Part shown: one piece after another, positions 30,901 to 39,759 of the stretch
How the letters are laid out: every line of letters begins with the position of its first letter
Numbering within the stretch: the first letter of the stretch is position 1
Origin: a virus
Taxonomy: Duplodnaviria > Caudoviricetes
IMG/VR virus record: IMGVR_UViG_3300011008_000034
Span: 96,001 to 160,000 of that record
DNA: 64,000 nucleotides
Direction: 5' to 3' (one strand)
Program-made: the position numbers and the translations under genes
Notes under the pieces: generated by a model
Told to the model about the DNA's origin: nothing
What the model saw: the letters and a program-made list of their open reading frames with translations, nothing else
Databases searched by the model: none

Positions 30901-31702
30901 AAAATTCAATAAAACTATCTCCCTTGAAAAGTGTTTTCCGCTCTTTATTTACTAACTCTTCATTAGGATAAAAATCACCATTAAACGATTCAATGATTAC
31001 AGAATTATTTTTTTTGTGTTTCGCACGTGGCTCATCTTTAGCAGTAAGAATATAATGTTCCTCAGTAAATGACTTGTTATTACGTTCATTAGTATAATAT
31101 ACTTCATTACAATATTGACGAATAGATGGTATTTTTTCAACAACTTTTTTAAATTCTTTCTGAAATTTTTGCGTAGCTTCAATTTTATTACATTGACTTA
31201 ATTTAATTTTTTCTCGAGACACATCTTTTGAATTATCTTGATTTTCTTTAACATCTTGTAATGAAATGTTATTTGATTGAATAACTTCAGGTTGAACAAC
31301 TTCTACTTCTACTTGTTTAGGTTGAATATTCTGAATATTCTTCTTTTTATTTAACTGAGGATTTAATTCTTCGTGAACAAATACCAATTTATATTTAGAA
31401 TCAAAATATTCCGTGCTTTTCATATTATTGTATGTTTCAATAACACCTTGTTCTTCTTCAGGTTTTACGAACCATTTCTCTCTTGTATCTAAAGATTTTC
31501 CTTGATGTGATTTATAAATTGCATCGAAATCTTCATTAATATCTTGACATAATATCTTTGCGGCCTTATCATCTAACTCAAGACCATATTGATTATCTGG
31601 ATTAATGTATATATCATAAATCATTTCACCAGTATAATGATTTTTCAACTTATATTTTGTCTGCTGAATCTGAGCATAGGTTTTATCAATTCTATTATAC
31701 AT
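27977..31702 (-). CDS. 1241-aa protein with central AEP/RepB-primase-like domain
   Basis: MFDIDL, IESCNGFQIV and IDMNA...RIFRFPYSVHMK resemble AEP motifs I-III, with Q in place of the usual His. Confidence 0.55.
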   Translation of the reverse strand: MYNRIDKTYAQIQQTKYKLKNHYTGEMIYDIYINPDNQYGLELDDKAAKILCQDINEDFDAIYKSHQGKSLDTREKWFVKPEEEQGVIETYNNMKSTEYFDSKYKLVFVHEELNPQLNKKKNIQNIQPKQVEVEVVQPEVIQSNNISLQDVKENQDNSKDVSREKIKLSQCNKIEATQKFQKEFKKVVEKIPSIRQYCNEVYYTNERNNKSFTEEHYILTAKDEPRAKHKKNNSVIIESFNGDFYPNEELVNKERKTLFKGDSFIEFCDNGLRNSQKSIQNSLDDIENGKVKKQLEDYAYAVYGDTFKNGLCLSQGIINAEFYIKINDHEKKKVSMKEYRKFKGEKYVLAYQSFKDVYYYNIDQYLDKAKQSYERMQNGDIEGAFQICNIYTAQAVHDVHKNNTYKFYVNDTNAKLDLINHINTMTDDEKKKYFHQLRKKHKSEDFSKFILTDLKIYRDKNSMKFIRTLMFDIDLFENVEQKIHFSSKEKKDELKKQMNLEIEHVMMKYGLNLTAKIESCNGFQIVLSLDKTYYLNKADYEYHHNILKEDCGYLSYEHLEELFYFLGIALGYEIPIDMNATFTPVRIFRFPYSVHMKHDNKDFPVSVLRYIKDLKDPKNLACLHSPGELMEKLQTILTKHEDTYSLKNSWCFYSDKPEDYQAFKSFRKEFHHHKNAPYVESQNKLCDYIVKNDYEGGKDYILKLFYAKDRGFSLKKSLNELAELSDYERHGDNPLKGKCINLAHFKGFIPFEKVSETEKKFPNGRHNFSSDPLRIKGENKTVGNVFETFNERGISESKCVAFFNKAFRNDKCDKIFYYGLRNKEVDNYILSLYKLVEKFEEKNRKNKNVFEYCAQAIRVLAITIFLNFHSNYQNIVRNGYFVINANLIDTVNEIIFGCQEKLGYQYMMIYQYLNLFNLYYIDSKEFGIPQMNYNKFVKGYTCINLKSTFNTDEIMKKVENISKLCRYDYVENIFTTRYTDKQLKMFYKDIYNSHAIIKVTKTDGIVADKETLLACDISDYFTHQKISNPKKAFMKMLSSVMVYIVDEELSNNIFNELRKTETGIEELRKKIVELSVKFDVIFNNIYSEFNRHMLDHYTSANGTFIKKKSYFSKTELKSYYEAIKFNLLETKMALLNKRFFNTRTDYCINDCGYRDFETYRLTYLYTPEARKLISKFISGFENDNVDVRLITKLYKTKSGLYDVCSKYYDANKFDVSFSQFLSYERAAAKGLITSELGKFKN

Positions 31703-31863
31703 AAAATCGACCTTCCTTTCTTATTTAATTTTAAAAAAATTACGAACTAGCACAACTTTAATTTATTATAAAAATCAACGCTAAAAATTTTTTTCATAAA
31801 ATAAAGTTTTTTCTCTATAAAAAAATAATATGCTATGAATAAAAAATAACAAAAGTGACTGTT

Positions 31864-32463
31864 TTATTCACAGTCACTAAATAAAGGAACTAACATTTTT
31901 TCAATCATCTTAACACTTTTTTTCATCATTGAATCAGTTATAGGATTATATAAAATAATTTGACTTTGGGTCTTAAATTTCCCTTCACGTTTACATTTAT
32001 AAAAATCCAAAGCAAATTGTGCAAACGAATCTTTATCAATTTTTTGTCTTGAACATTTTACTAAAATAACATATTTATGTGAAAAATATGTAAAATAATC
32101 TTCTTGTGTACATTTTATTTCAAATACTGGATTCAACAAATCAATATACAATAAAAATTTCATTAAACTAAGATATGGGAATGTAGCAACTAAATTATAT
32201 TCACAATCTAATTCTGAATCTGACAAAAATTGCCTGTACTCTTGTTCAAATTTATCTTTATCTTCTTGTTTATCCCAATTTTCTTTTTGATGATTCAAAA
32301 AAAAGTCAATTAATTGCAATGCCAAATCATAATGTTCGTTAGATAAATTTAATTTTCCTCCAAATGATTTCATTTTTACATCAAATAAATTTTCATACAT
32401 AGGATTCGTTAAGACTTCATTAAGTACATCTTTCATAATATGAACTCCTTCTTTATTAGACAT
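31864..32463 (-). CDS. Hypothetical protein, possibly a degenerate PD-(D/E)xK nuclease fold
   Basis: D.......VILVKCS.......AQ..L....IILYNP pattern. Confidence 0.45.
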   Translation of the reverse strand: MSNKEGVHIMKDVLNEVLTNPMYENLFDVKMKSFGGKLNLSNEHYDLALQLIDFFLNHQKENWDKQEDKDKFEQEYRQFLSDSELDCEYNLVATFPYLSLMKFLLYIDLLNPVFEIKCTQEDYFTYFSHKYVILVKCSRQKIDKDSFAQFALDFYKCKREGKFKTQSQIILYNPITDSMMKKSVKMIEKMLVPLFSDCE

Positions 32464-32544
32464 TTATTATCACCTAAATTAATTTTAGATAAAAAGGCTT
32501 TTCTATTTATCTTTTGTTTCTATAGTTTTCCTTATATTTTTCAT

Positions 32545-33792
32545 ATGCAAAAAAGCGTGCAAAATCAATGGTTATCCGGATAAGGTCTCATGATTGTTTC
32601 TTAATTTAAAATAATTTCACTACTACTAGCATATGTATGATATGTTTAGGCATTTTCGCCTCGGTGTCGGAAGTGAATACAGTGAACTTATTTCTCTAAA
32701 GTACTTTAAATACTTTTCTTTAGTAAATTAAATTAGTTAATTAATTTAGTAAAAAATATTTACTCATAACAGCATGCTTTAGCATGCATGAAATTATTAG
32801 AAACTAAAGAGAAAGTAAATTAACTTTAGTATATTAATTTTATCTTAGATTAGTAAAGAAAACTAGAATCTAATCTCATAAGCATGCTTTAGCATGCATG
32901 ATAAAAGATAGTAAAACTATTAAAAAAAAAAAGTTTAGTACCAGGTACTAATTTTTTTTAAAGAATTAATTTCTTATAAAGTAAATTTAGTAGAGAGTAT
33001 TTATTCATAGTAGCATGCTGAAAGCATGCATGAATTTACTAGAAACTAAAAAAAATATAATTAATTTAAGTACTTATCTTAAAATTATTTTTTAGTAAAG
33101 AAAGTTAAAGTCTAGTTTCATAGACATGCTTCAGCATGTATGATAAAAGACAGTAAAAATAACTAAAATAAATTTTAGTATTAAATTCTTTTTTAAGAAA
33201 ATTAATTTTTAGTACCTAGTACTAATAAAGTAAATTTCATAAGCATGCTTCAGCATGCATGATAAAGACTAATTTTAGTTTACTTAATAAAAATAAGTTA
33301 ATAGAGCGCTCCAGAGAGCGCATAAAAGAAAATAAAAAATAAATTAAGACTAAAAGTTATTTTTAATAAGTTAATCTATTTCATGAAGGCTTTCAACCTT
33401 CTATTATGAAATTTATTTTCTATTAGATAAAATTTTAACTACAGTTAGTTTTTTAGTATTTCATTTAATTTCTAGTAATTTCATGCATGCTAAGCATGCA
33501 GTTATGAATAGATACTTTCTATTAGATTTACTTTAGTAAAATTAATCTACTTAAAGAAAGTTAATTTACTTAAAGAAAGTTAGTCTACTTTAAGAAAGTT
33601 AATCTATTTTTAGAAAGTTAGTACTAAAAGTACTTCTAAAGGAATTAAGTAAAGTAAGTACTCTTAGTACAGTGAGGCACCAATATGCGTGTACTACTAA
33701 TCATACATGCTAGTAGTAGTAAATTATGTTAAATTAGGAAACGGCTGTCAAGCCTTATCCAGATAACTAGAATTTTGCACGCTTTTTTGCAT
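32545..33792. repeat. Non-coding locus bounded by ~95-bp imperfect inverted repeats, with seven TCAT..GCATGC-loop-GCATGC-ATGA-type hairpins (candidate origin or structured RNA locus)
   Basis: Arms at 32545-32640 and 33701-33792. Hairpins at 32764, 32876, 33005, 33118, 33237 (forward) and 33381, 33481 (reverse). Confidence 0.85.
33542..33617. repeat. Four tandem 19-bp iteron-like repeats
   Basis: TTAATCTACTTAAAGAAAG consensus x4. Confidence 0.85.
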
Positions 33793-34023
33793 TCATACTT
33801 AAGACTCTTAGTTCACTGTAGAGACATTTTTCTGAAATGCGTTATAACTTCTATTCTTTAGAGACTTTTATTCATTAGATCGCCTCTCATGAGGCGACTT
33901 AAAGAGAAATAAAAGGAAATTTATTTTAGTAAAAGAACTAAGATAAATAAGGACTAAGTTCATATGTTTGCACTATTAAAAAAAAGACTAAATAGTCAAA
34001 AAGTCAAACTTATAAAAAAACTA

Positions 34024-34052
34024 TGTACATCTTTGTATTTTTATGGTAAAAT
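34024..34052 (+). promoter_or_regulatory. Promoter for the ligase operon
   Basis: AAACTA-TGTACA-17 nt-TAAAAT with TG, a variant of the shared promoter. Confidence 0.55.
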
Positions 34053-34069
34053 AATCTAAGTAAAGGAGT

Positions 34070-35965
34070 GTGATTGACATGATTAGAGAAGCACATTTGC
34101 AGTTAATTAAACAATATGATCACGAATATTATGATTTAGATAATCCAAGTATTAGTGATTTAGAATATGATAAACTAAGAAAAGATTACATTAATTTATA
34201 TGGAAGCAAAGATTTAAATTACACTCCAGGAAATGTTAAAGCAGATTTTGAGAAATTCAAACATCCTACACCTGTAGTTAGCTTAGATAAATGGACTAAA
34301 GATGTAGATGATAAAAAAGTTTTTATTAAGAAATGCAATGAATTTTGGCCTGTAGAAATACAGCCAAAGTATGACGGGCTTACGGTCGTGGTTTATCCGA
34401 ATTCTGATGGCACTGGTAAGTTTGTTACTCGTGGTGGAGGAGATGTAGGAGAATTACTTCCTAATTTTATTCCTCAGTATGAGGGCAAGGTTTATTTAGG
34501 AGAAAAGTTTCCTATTCGTGGTGAAGTTTTTATTTCACCTGAGAACTTTATTACTTTAAATAAAAGATTAGAAGCTGCTGGGGAGAAATTGATGAAAAAT
34601 CCTCGTAATGCAGCTGCAGGATTATTGCGGAGAAAAGAACGCAGTACTAATCTTGATTTGTTAAGCTTTATTACATATGATATTCCAGGCAGTGAAATGA
34701 CTCCGGAAGAAATGAGACAGTATATTAAAGAAAATACTGTTTTTCATTTTACTAAAGGCTATACTTTTGATAAAGATACCATTTATGATGATATCTGGGG
34801 ATTATATGACAAGATTAAAAATGAATATCCTATTGATGGATTGGTTATGAAATCTTGTCAGGAAAATAGTTTGACTAAATTTGGTAGTACACAACATCAT
34901 CCAAATAATGCTCTAGCCATTAAACCAAGTAAAGTTACTTATCGTACTGTGATTAAAGATGTTATTTGGACTAATGGCAGAAAAAAGGTTACTCCTGTAG
35001 CTATTGTAGAACCAGTAGAAATTGATGGAACGACAGTATGTAAAGCTTCTTTGCATAATATGGATATGATTAAAAAATTAGGGATTAAAATTGGAGCAGA
35101 AGTAGAGATTTATAAGGCTAATGAAATTATTCCTCAGATTGACAGAGTAATTAAGAATGGATATAAAGAAATTGAGATTCCATTATGTCCTTCCTGTGGT
35201 CATGTATTAGAAAATATTAATGGTCAACAGTTTTGTACAAATCCTAAATGTAAAGAGAAGATTTGTCAAAATATGGCATTCTTAGGACAGAAAAATGTTT
35301 TGAATATTGAAGGATTGAGTAACGAAACTGCTCGGAAAATCGTGGAAAAATTTGGATGTAAAAACCAAAATGATATCTTCGATTTAGATGAAGATGATTT
35401 AATGACACTTCCAGGATTTGCTGAAAAATCTGCTAAAAAGTTATTTAATAATATTCAAAACAGCAGGCAGACTACGTTTATCAAATTTATCAAAGCTTGT
35501 TGCTGTGATGGAATTGGAGAAAATGTAGGAAAGATTTTATATGAGCGCTATAATGGGTTAGATAATTTTAGAAATGCAATATTTAAACAAAGTAAAATCA
35601 AAGTCGAAACTGAATTATCTGAACTAAAAGGATTAGGACAAGTAGCGATTAAAAAACTGATGTCCAATGAATTCTGGGACGCGGTTGACCATTTAGCACA
35701 TTATATTGAGATTATTGAAGAAAAGAAAAATGAAGGAAAATTTGCTGGTCAGGTATTTGTATTAACTGGAAAAATGGAACATCCTAGAAGTTATTACATT
35801 GATTTAATAGAACGTAATGGAGCTAAAGAAGGAAAATCCGTTTCTAATAGTACTAATTATTTGGTTATTGCAGATATTAATAGTACAAGCAGTAAAGCTA
35901 AAAAAGCTAGAGAATTAGGAACGGTTTTGATTTCTCCAGAACAATTGGAAGAAATGATGAGGTGA
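34070..35965 (+). CDS. ligA: NAD-dependent DNA ligase
   Basis: YY....P.ISD.EYD, KYDG, RGEV, NPRNAAAG, DGLV.K, C4 Zn finger, HhH and C-terminal BRCT. Confidence 0.95.
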   Translation: MIDMIREAHLQLIKQYDHEYYDLDNPSISDLEYDKLRKDYINLYGSKDLNYTPGNVKADFEKFKHPTPVVSLDKWTKDVDDKKVFIKKCNEFWPVEIQPKYDGLTVVVYPNSDGTGKFVTRGGGDVGELLPNFIPQYEGKVYLGEKFPIRGEVFISPENFITLNKRLEAAGEKLMKNPRNAAAGLLRRKERSTNLDLLSFITYDIPGSEMTPEEMRQYIKENTVFHFTKGYTFDKDTIYDDIWGLYDKIKNEYPIDGLVMKSCQENSLTKFGSTQHHPNNALAIKPSKVTYRTVIKDVIWTNGRKKVTPVAIVEPVEIDGTTVCKASLHNMDMIKKLGIKIGAEVEIYKANEIIPQIDRVIKNGYKEIEIPLCPSCGHVLENINGQQFCTNPKCKEKICQNMAFLGQKNVLNIEGLSNETARKIVEKFGCKNQNDIFDLDEDDLMTLPGFAEKSAKKLFNNIQNSRQTTFIKFIKACCCDGIGENVGKILYERYNGLDNFRNAIFKQSKIKVETELSELKGLGQVAIKKLMSNEFWDAVDHLAHYIEIIEEKKNEGKFAGQVFVLTGKMEHPRSYYIDLIERNGAKEGKSVSNSTNYLVIADINSTSSKAKKARELGTVLISPEQLEEMMR

Positions 35966-35972
35966 TTGAATT

Positions 35973-36197
35973 TTGATAATGGTTGCTAAAAATGATAAAG
36001 ATGATAATTATATAGTTAATTGGTTGAATAGATTGGAAAATATTTCTAATACAATTTTAGTATTTGATGGAAATACGTGTGAAAGAGCGTTTTTATATTC
36101 TTACGATAAGAATACTGACAGATTTTTACAATTGCATCATCAAAAGGATTTATGGGTTCTTTTGGATGATGATTATGTTAAGGAAGTTAAAAAGTGA
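35973..36197 (+). CDS. Hypothetical protein
   Basis: ORF in the operon. Confidence 0.5.
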   Translation: MIMVAKNDKDDNYIVNWLNRLENISNTILVFDGNTCERAFLYSYDKNTDRFLQLHHQKDLWVLLDDDYVKEVKK

Positions 36198-36242
36198 TTT
36201 TATAGTTAAGTTGTGTTTTGATGTATTTACTGAGGGATTGAC

Positions 36243-36521
36243 GTGAAAGATTTAATAACGGATGAAGCCGCTTTAATGTTAAAAAATAATGATTTAAATG
36301 AAAAAGTAAAAAAGATTAAAGAAACATTTTCTCTTTATTTACCTGTAGAAAGTTATTTACTAGAAGTTATTTTTGACCCTGAAGATGGGAGCAAAGTATT
36401 TAACATAACTGCATTAACAAAAGTAGAATTGACAAGAGCATTGGATATTTTGGAATGTTTTTGTCAAGATAATGAAATGGATTCTAATATCATTTTAGAT
36501 GTATCAATTTTGGAGTGTTAG
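36243..36521 (+). CDS. Hypothetical protein
   Basis: ORF with GAGG RBS. Confidence 0.55.
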   Translation: MKDLITDEAALMLKNNDLNEKVKKIKETFSLYLPVESYLLEVIFDPEDGSKVFNITALTKVELTRALDILECFCQDNEMDSNIILDVSILEC

Positions 36522-37224
36522 GATGAACGGGAGAAATTATCTAAGAAATACAATATTGGCTTTGGAAAAGTTAAATAAACCATTTATTCTTCAAGGCCAA
36601 TATTGTTCACATCTTAATTGTAACTACATTACTTATATTAAAATTCGTCCTTATATGTTCAATGGAGCTTCTACGAATAAAATTTGTGACCACTTAAATG
36701 TTCTATATCCTGATGTTAAAAAATACATAGAAGTAAATTACGATTATAACGGAATAGATGTGTTTGTTTGTAGAGCTAGAACATATCAAGATAGTGAAGG
36801 CGTTTTACGTGGAGGAATTTATTTAACTGAGGAATTAGGAATTCCTCCGGTTATGGAACGAAAATTTGCTAAACGATATGTTAGAAGATTAGATAAGAGT
36901 GAATATGTTGATTTTTTAAAATTTGCAGAAGGTAGATATGCTTATTTTGGCGAAAATCTTTGGAAACATGGACATAAGAAAAGAGAAATTAAAGAAGTAA
37001 AAACACATAAAAAACATAATGTGGTAGATTTTTCTGTAGATGTATTTATGGAAATGCATAAGGAGCAAAATCCATTATGGATTCCACCGCCAATTTCATT
37101 AAAGTATAAGAATGAACGTAAGTGGTTGTATATGGCAGTTCCACAACGGTCTTTAAGAAAAATTTTAGACAAAAGTCCTTCATTAAGAAGGAAAGTTGTT
37201 GATGAATTGTCAAAAAAAATGTAA
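36499..37224 (+). CDS. Hypothetical protein, paralog of 3131-3535
   Basis: ICDHLN motif region; start is probably MNGRN after GGAG. Confidence 0.65.
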   Translation: MYQFWSVRMNGRNYLRNTILALEKLNKPFILQGQYCSHLNCNYITYIKIRPYMFNGASTNKICDHLNVLYPDVKKYIEVNYDYNGIDVFVCRARTYQDSEGVLRGGIYLTEELGIPPVMERKFAKRYVRRLDKSEYVDFLKFAEGRYAYFGENLWKHGHKKREIKEVKTHKKHNVVDFSVDVFMEMHKEQNPLWIPPPISLKYKNERKWLYMAVPQRSLRKILDKSPSLRRKVVDELSKKM

Positions 37225-37345
37225 AGGAGAATGTAATGAGTTCTGACCAAATAATGCTATTAATGATTTTTATCCCATTGTTACTTTTGTTTTCTCTTGG
37301 AGTTTGGACATTGAATGAATTATGTAATTTTTTGGAGGGAAAATC

Positions 37346-39715
37346 ATGAAATTGCCAATTTATCAGGTCAAAGATGAAATTATAGAAGCAGTAAAAAATC
37401 ATAATGTTATCATTATTGAAGCGGAAACTGGAAGTGGCAAATCTACTCAGGTTCCGCAGATTTTATTGGGAGAATTAGGATTAAGTAGTATTTCTACTCA
37501 GCCACGAAGATTGGCTTGTGTATCATTATTTGATAGAGTAAAACAAGAAATTGGTGATGACAAAATTGTAGGATATAAAACCGCATTTGAAGAAGAATAT
37601 GACCATAACTATAATCGTATTTTGTTTGTCACCGATGGATTATTAGTGGCCGCAGGAATCCAGTGTGATTATGATTGTATTATTATAGATGAAGTTCATG
37701 AACAATCATTAAATATAGAAACATTAATTGCCTGGTCAAAACATCATTTAATGAATAGTGGAAAAAAGATTATTTTAATGTCTGCTACATTGAATATTGG
37801 GAAATTGGAATACTTCTTTAAAGAGTATGACCCAGTTACGGTAAAATGTCCAAACTCTCCTTATCATGTCGATGTATTATTTAATGATAAAATCAAACAT
37901 GAGTTGTTAGCAGTAGATTATGCTATTCAAGGTAAGAATGTTATGATGTTTTTACCAGGGAAAAAAGAAATCGAAGATATGGAATATGCTATTAGAAAAA
38001 ATCTTCCTTCTCAAGATAGATACGTTATTTATCAAGTTCATGGTGACCAGACAATAGACGAACAACGTCCAATATTTGATGATATTTCTCCAAAAGTAAA
38101 AATCATATTATGTACTAATATTTGTCAAACATCTATTACAATAAGTGATATAGATGTTGTAATAGATACAGGAAAAGCAAAAATTAGTGAAATTGAAGAT
38201 GGAATGAAAGCTTTGGTTTTACAAGATATTTCTCAAAGTGATTGTTTACAAAGAAAAGGAAGAGTAGGAAGAACCAAACCTGGAATTTACATATTAAGTA
38301 GTAAAGTTCCTTTGAAAAAAAGACCACTATATCCAGTTCCAGAAATTAAACGAATGTTTTTATCTGAAATTATTTTGAGATTAGCCAGTTATGGAATTGA
38401 TATTAGTGAATTAGAATTTTTGCATCAGCCACCAAAAAAATTGATTGAATTAGCAAAACAAGAATGTATTCAATTAAACGCATTATCTGATAATCAAATA
38501 ACTGATTTAGGAATGCGTATGTCATTATTACCATTAAATGTAAAAACCGCCAAGATGTTAATCGAAGCAGAAAGTTATAATAAAGATGTATTAGATGCAG
38601 TAATGAAAGTATCAGCTATTCAACAAATTGGTGGATTAATTTATCATGGTAAAAATGGTACTTATTACGGAAAATTCACTGATGAACATAAATCTGATTT
38701 ATTAGCAGAGATGGACATCTTTGATTATATTCAAACAAATCACGTTAATTTTAAGAATGAAGGATTAAATGAACGGAATTATATAAAAGCTGAAGAATAC
38801 TATAGAAAATTAAAAAGTATGTCTTGGAATCCCGGAAATAAAAAATGTGATACAAGAAAAGCTGTAATTGAATGCATTATTAAATCTGCTGTAAAAGATG
38901 ATATATTCGATTTTCGTTATTACAATATGACTTGTGATTTAAATAAAGACCGGGAAAGTTGCGTCCGTGGAAATTTGGTTATTGGAACGCCAAGAGTAAT
39001 TCATTTTGAAAAGGAAGTGGAATGTAATTGGTATTCTGATAAAGAAGAAGACGATTATATAGAAGACGAAAAATCTTTACCTGAAGTATATCATGGAGAA
39101 TTAAAATTAGTAGTTAATTTAACGGCTATTAGTGAAAAAGATTTGACAAAATATTTTGGTAAATGTATCAAAGAACATATGGATTCAACGTTTAACATAT
39201 TTAATGATTCATTTGATATTATGTCGTATAGTAGAATGATTCATACCAATTATATGGATATTGTGTTTGAAAAGAATCCTATTAAAACAGCTACTAAAAA
39301 TAGTAAGTTATATCAATTAGCATATCAAACAGCATATAATCATGATGTTAAAAAATTAGGAAAAGATTTTTTAAAGAAAAGAAAAATTTCTATATATGGA
39401 AAAGAATTCTTTATTCATCATTTATATGTTATGAATAAGAATCGTCCATTGAAAAAAACATTTTCTAAAGTATTGGATATGAGATTAAAAGTAAAAGATA
39501 TTCAATTTTTAACGTCTTTGGATAAGAAAAGATTTTTACATATTCCTCCCACAATAAAAGATAAGATATTTCCTGTAATAGTATTACACAACGATGATTT
39601 GACTGATGATTTTATTAAACAAGCAAAATTATACGAACAGATTTTAATTGATGATGAGCCTTTGGTATTTGTAAAAGGAAATTGTTATAGTAGAGATTTA
39701 AAGAATTTTATATGA
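37346..39715 (+). CDS. HrpA/HrpB-like DEAH-box RNA helicase
   Basis: ETGSGKSTQVPQ, TQPRR, TDG, DEVH, SAT, FLPG, QRKGRVGR and an HA2-like region. Confidence 0.9.
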   Translation: MKLPIYQVKDEIIEAVKNHNVIIIEAETGSGKSTQVPQILLGELGLSSISTQPRRLACVSLFDRVKQEIGDDKIVGYKTAFEEEYDHNYNRILFVTDGLLVAAGIQCDYDCIIIDEVHEQSLNIETLIAWSKHHLMNSGKKIILMSATLNIGKLEYFFKEYDPVTVKCPNSPYHVDVLFNDKIKHELLAVDYAIQGKNVMMFLPGKKEIEDMEYAIRKNLPSQDRYVIYQVHGDQTIDEQRPIFDDISPKVKIILCTNICQTSITISDIDVVIDTGKAKISEIEDGMKALVLQDISQSDCLQRKGRVGRTKPGIYILSSKVPLKKRPLYPVPEIKRMFLSEIILRLASYGIDISELEFLHQPPKKLIELAKQECIQLNALSDNQITDLGMRMSLLPLNVKTAKMLIEAESYNKDVLDAVMKVSAIQQIGGLIYHGKNGTYYGKFTDEHKSDLLAEMDIFDYIQTNHVNFKNEGLNERNYIKAEEYYRKLKSMSWNPGNKKCDTRKAVIECIIKSAVKDDIFDFRYYNMTCDLNKDRESCVRGNLVIGTPRVIHFEKEVECNWYSDKEEDDYIEDEKSLPEVYHGELKLVVNLTAISEKDLTKYFGKCIKEHMDSTFNIFNDSFDIMSYSRMIHTNYMDIVFEKNPIKTATKNSKLYQLAYQTAYNHDVKKLGKDFLKKRKISIYGKEFFIHHLYVMNKNRPLKKTFSKVLDMRLKVKDIQFLTSLDKKRFLHIPPTIKDKIFPVIVLHNDDLTDDFIKQAKLYEQILIDDEPLVFVKGNCYSRDLKNFI

Positions 39716-39716
39716 T

Positions 39717-39746
39717 AAAAAGGACAGATTAGTTTCTGTCCTTTTT
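39717..39746. terminator. Bidirectional intrinsic terminator
   Basis: AAAAAGGACAGA-loop-TCTGTCCTTTTT between convergent genes. Confidence 0.8.
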
Positions 39747-39759
39747 AATGAATAAAATC

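Noticed and set aside
32764-33507. CRISPR array interpretation of the GCATGC hairpin repeats
   Set aside because: Spacers are about 85-100 bp and similar to one another, the repeats vary and flip orientation, and no cas genes are present.
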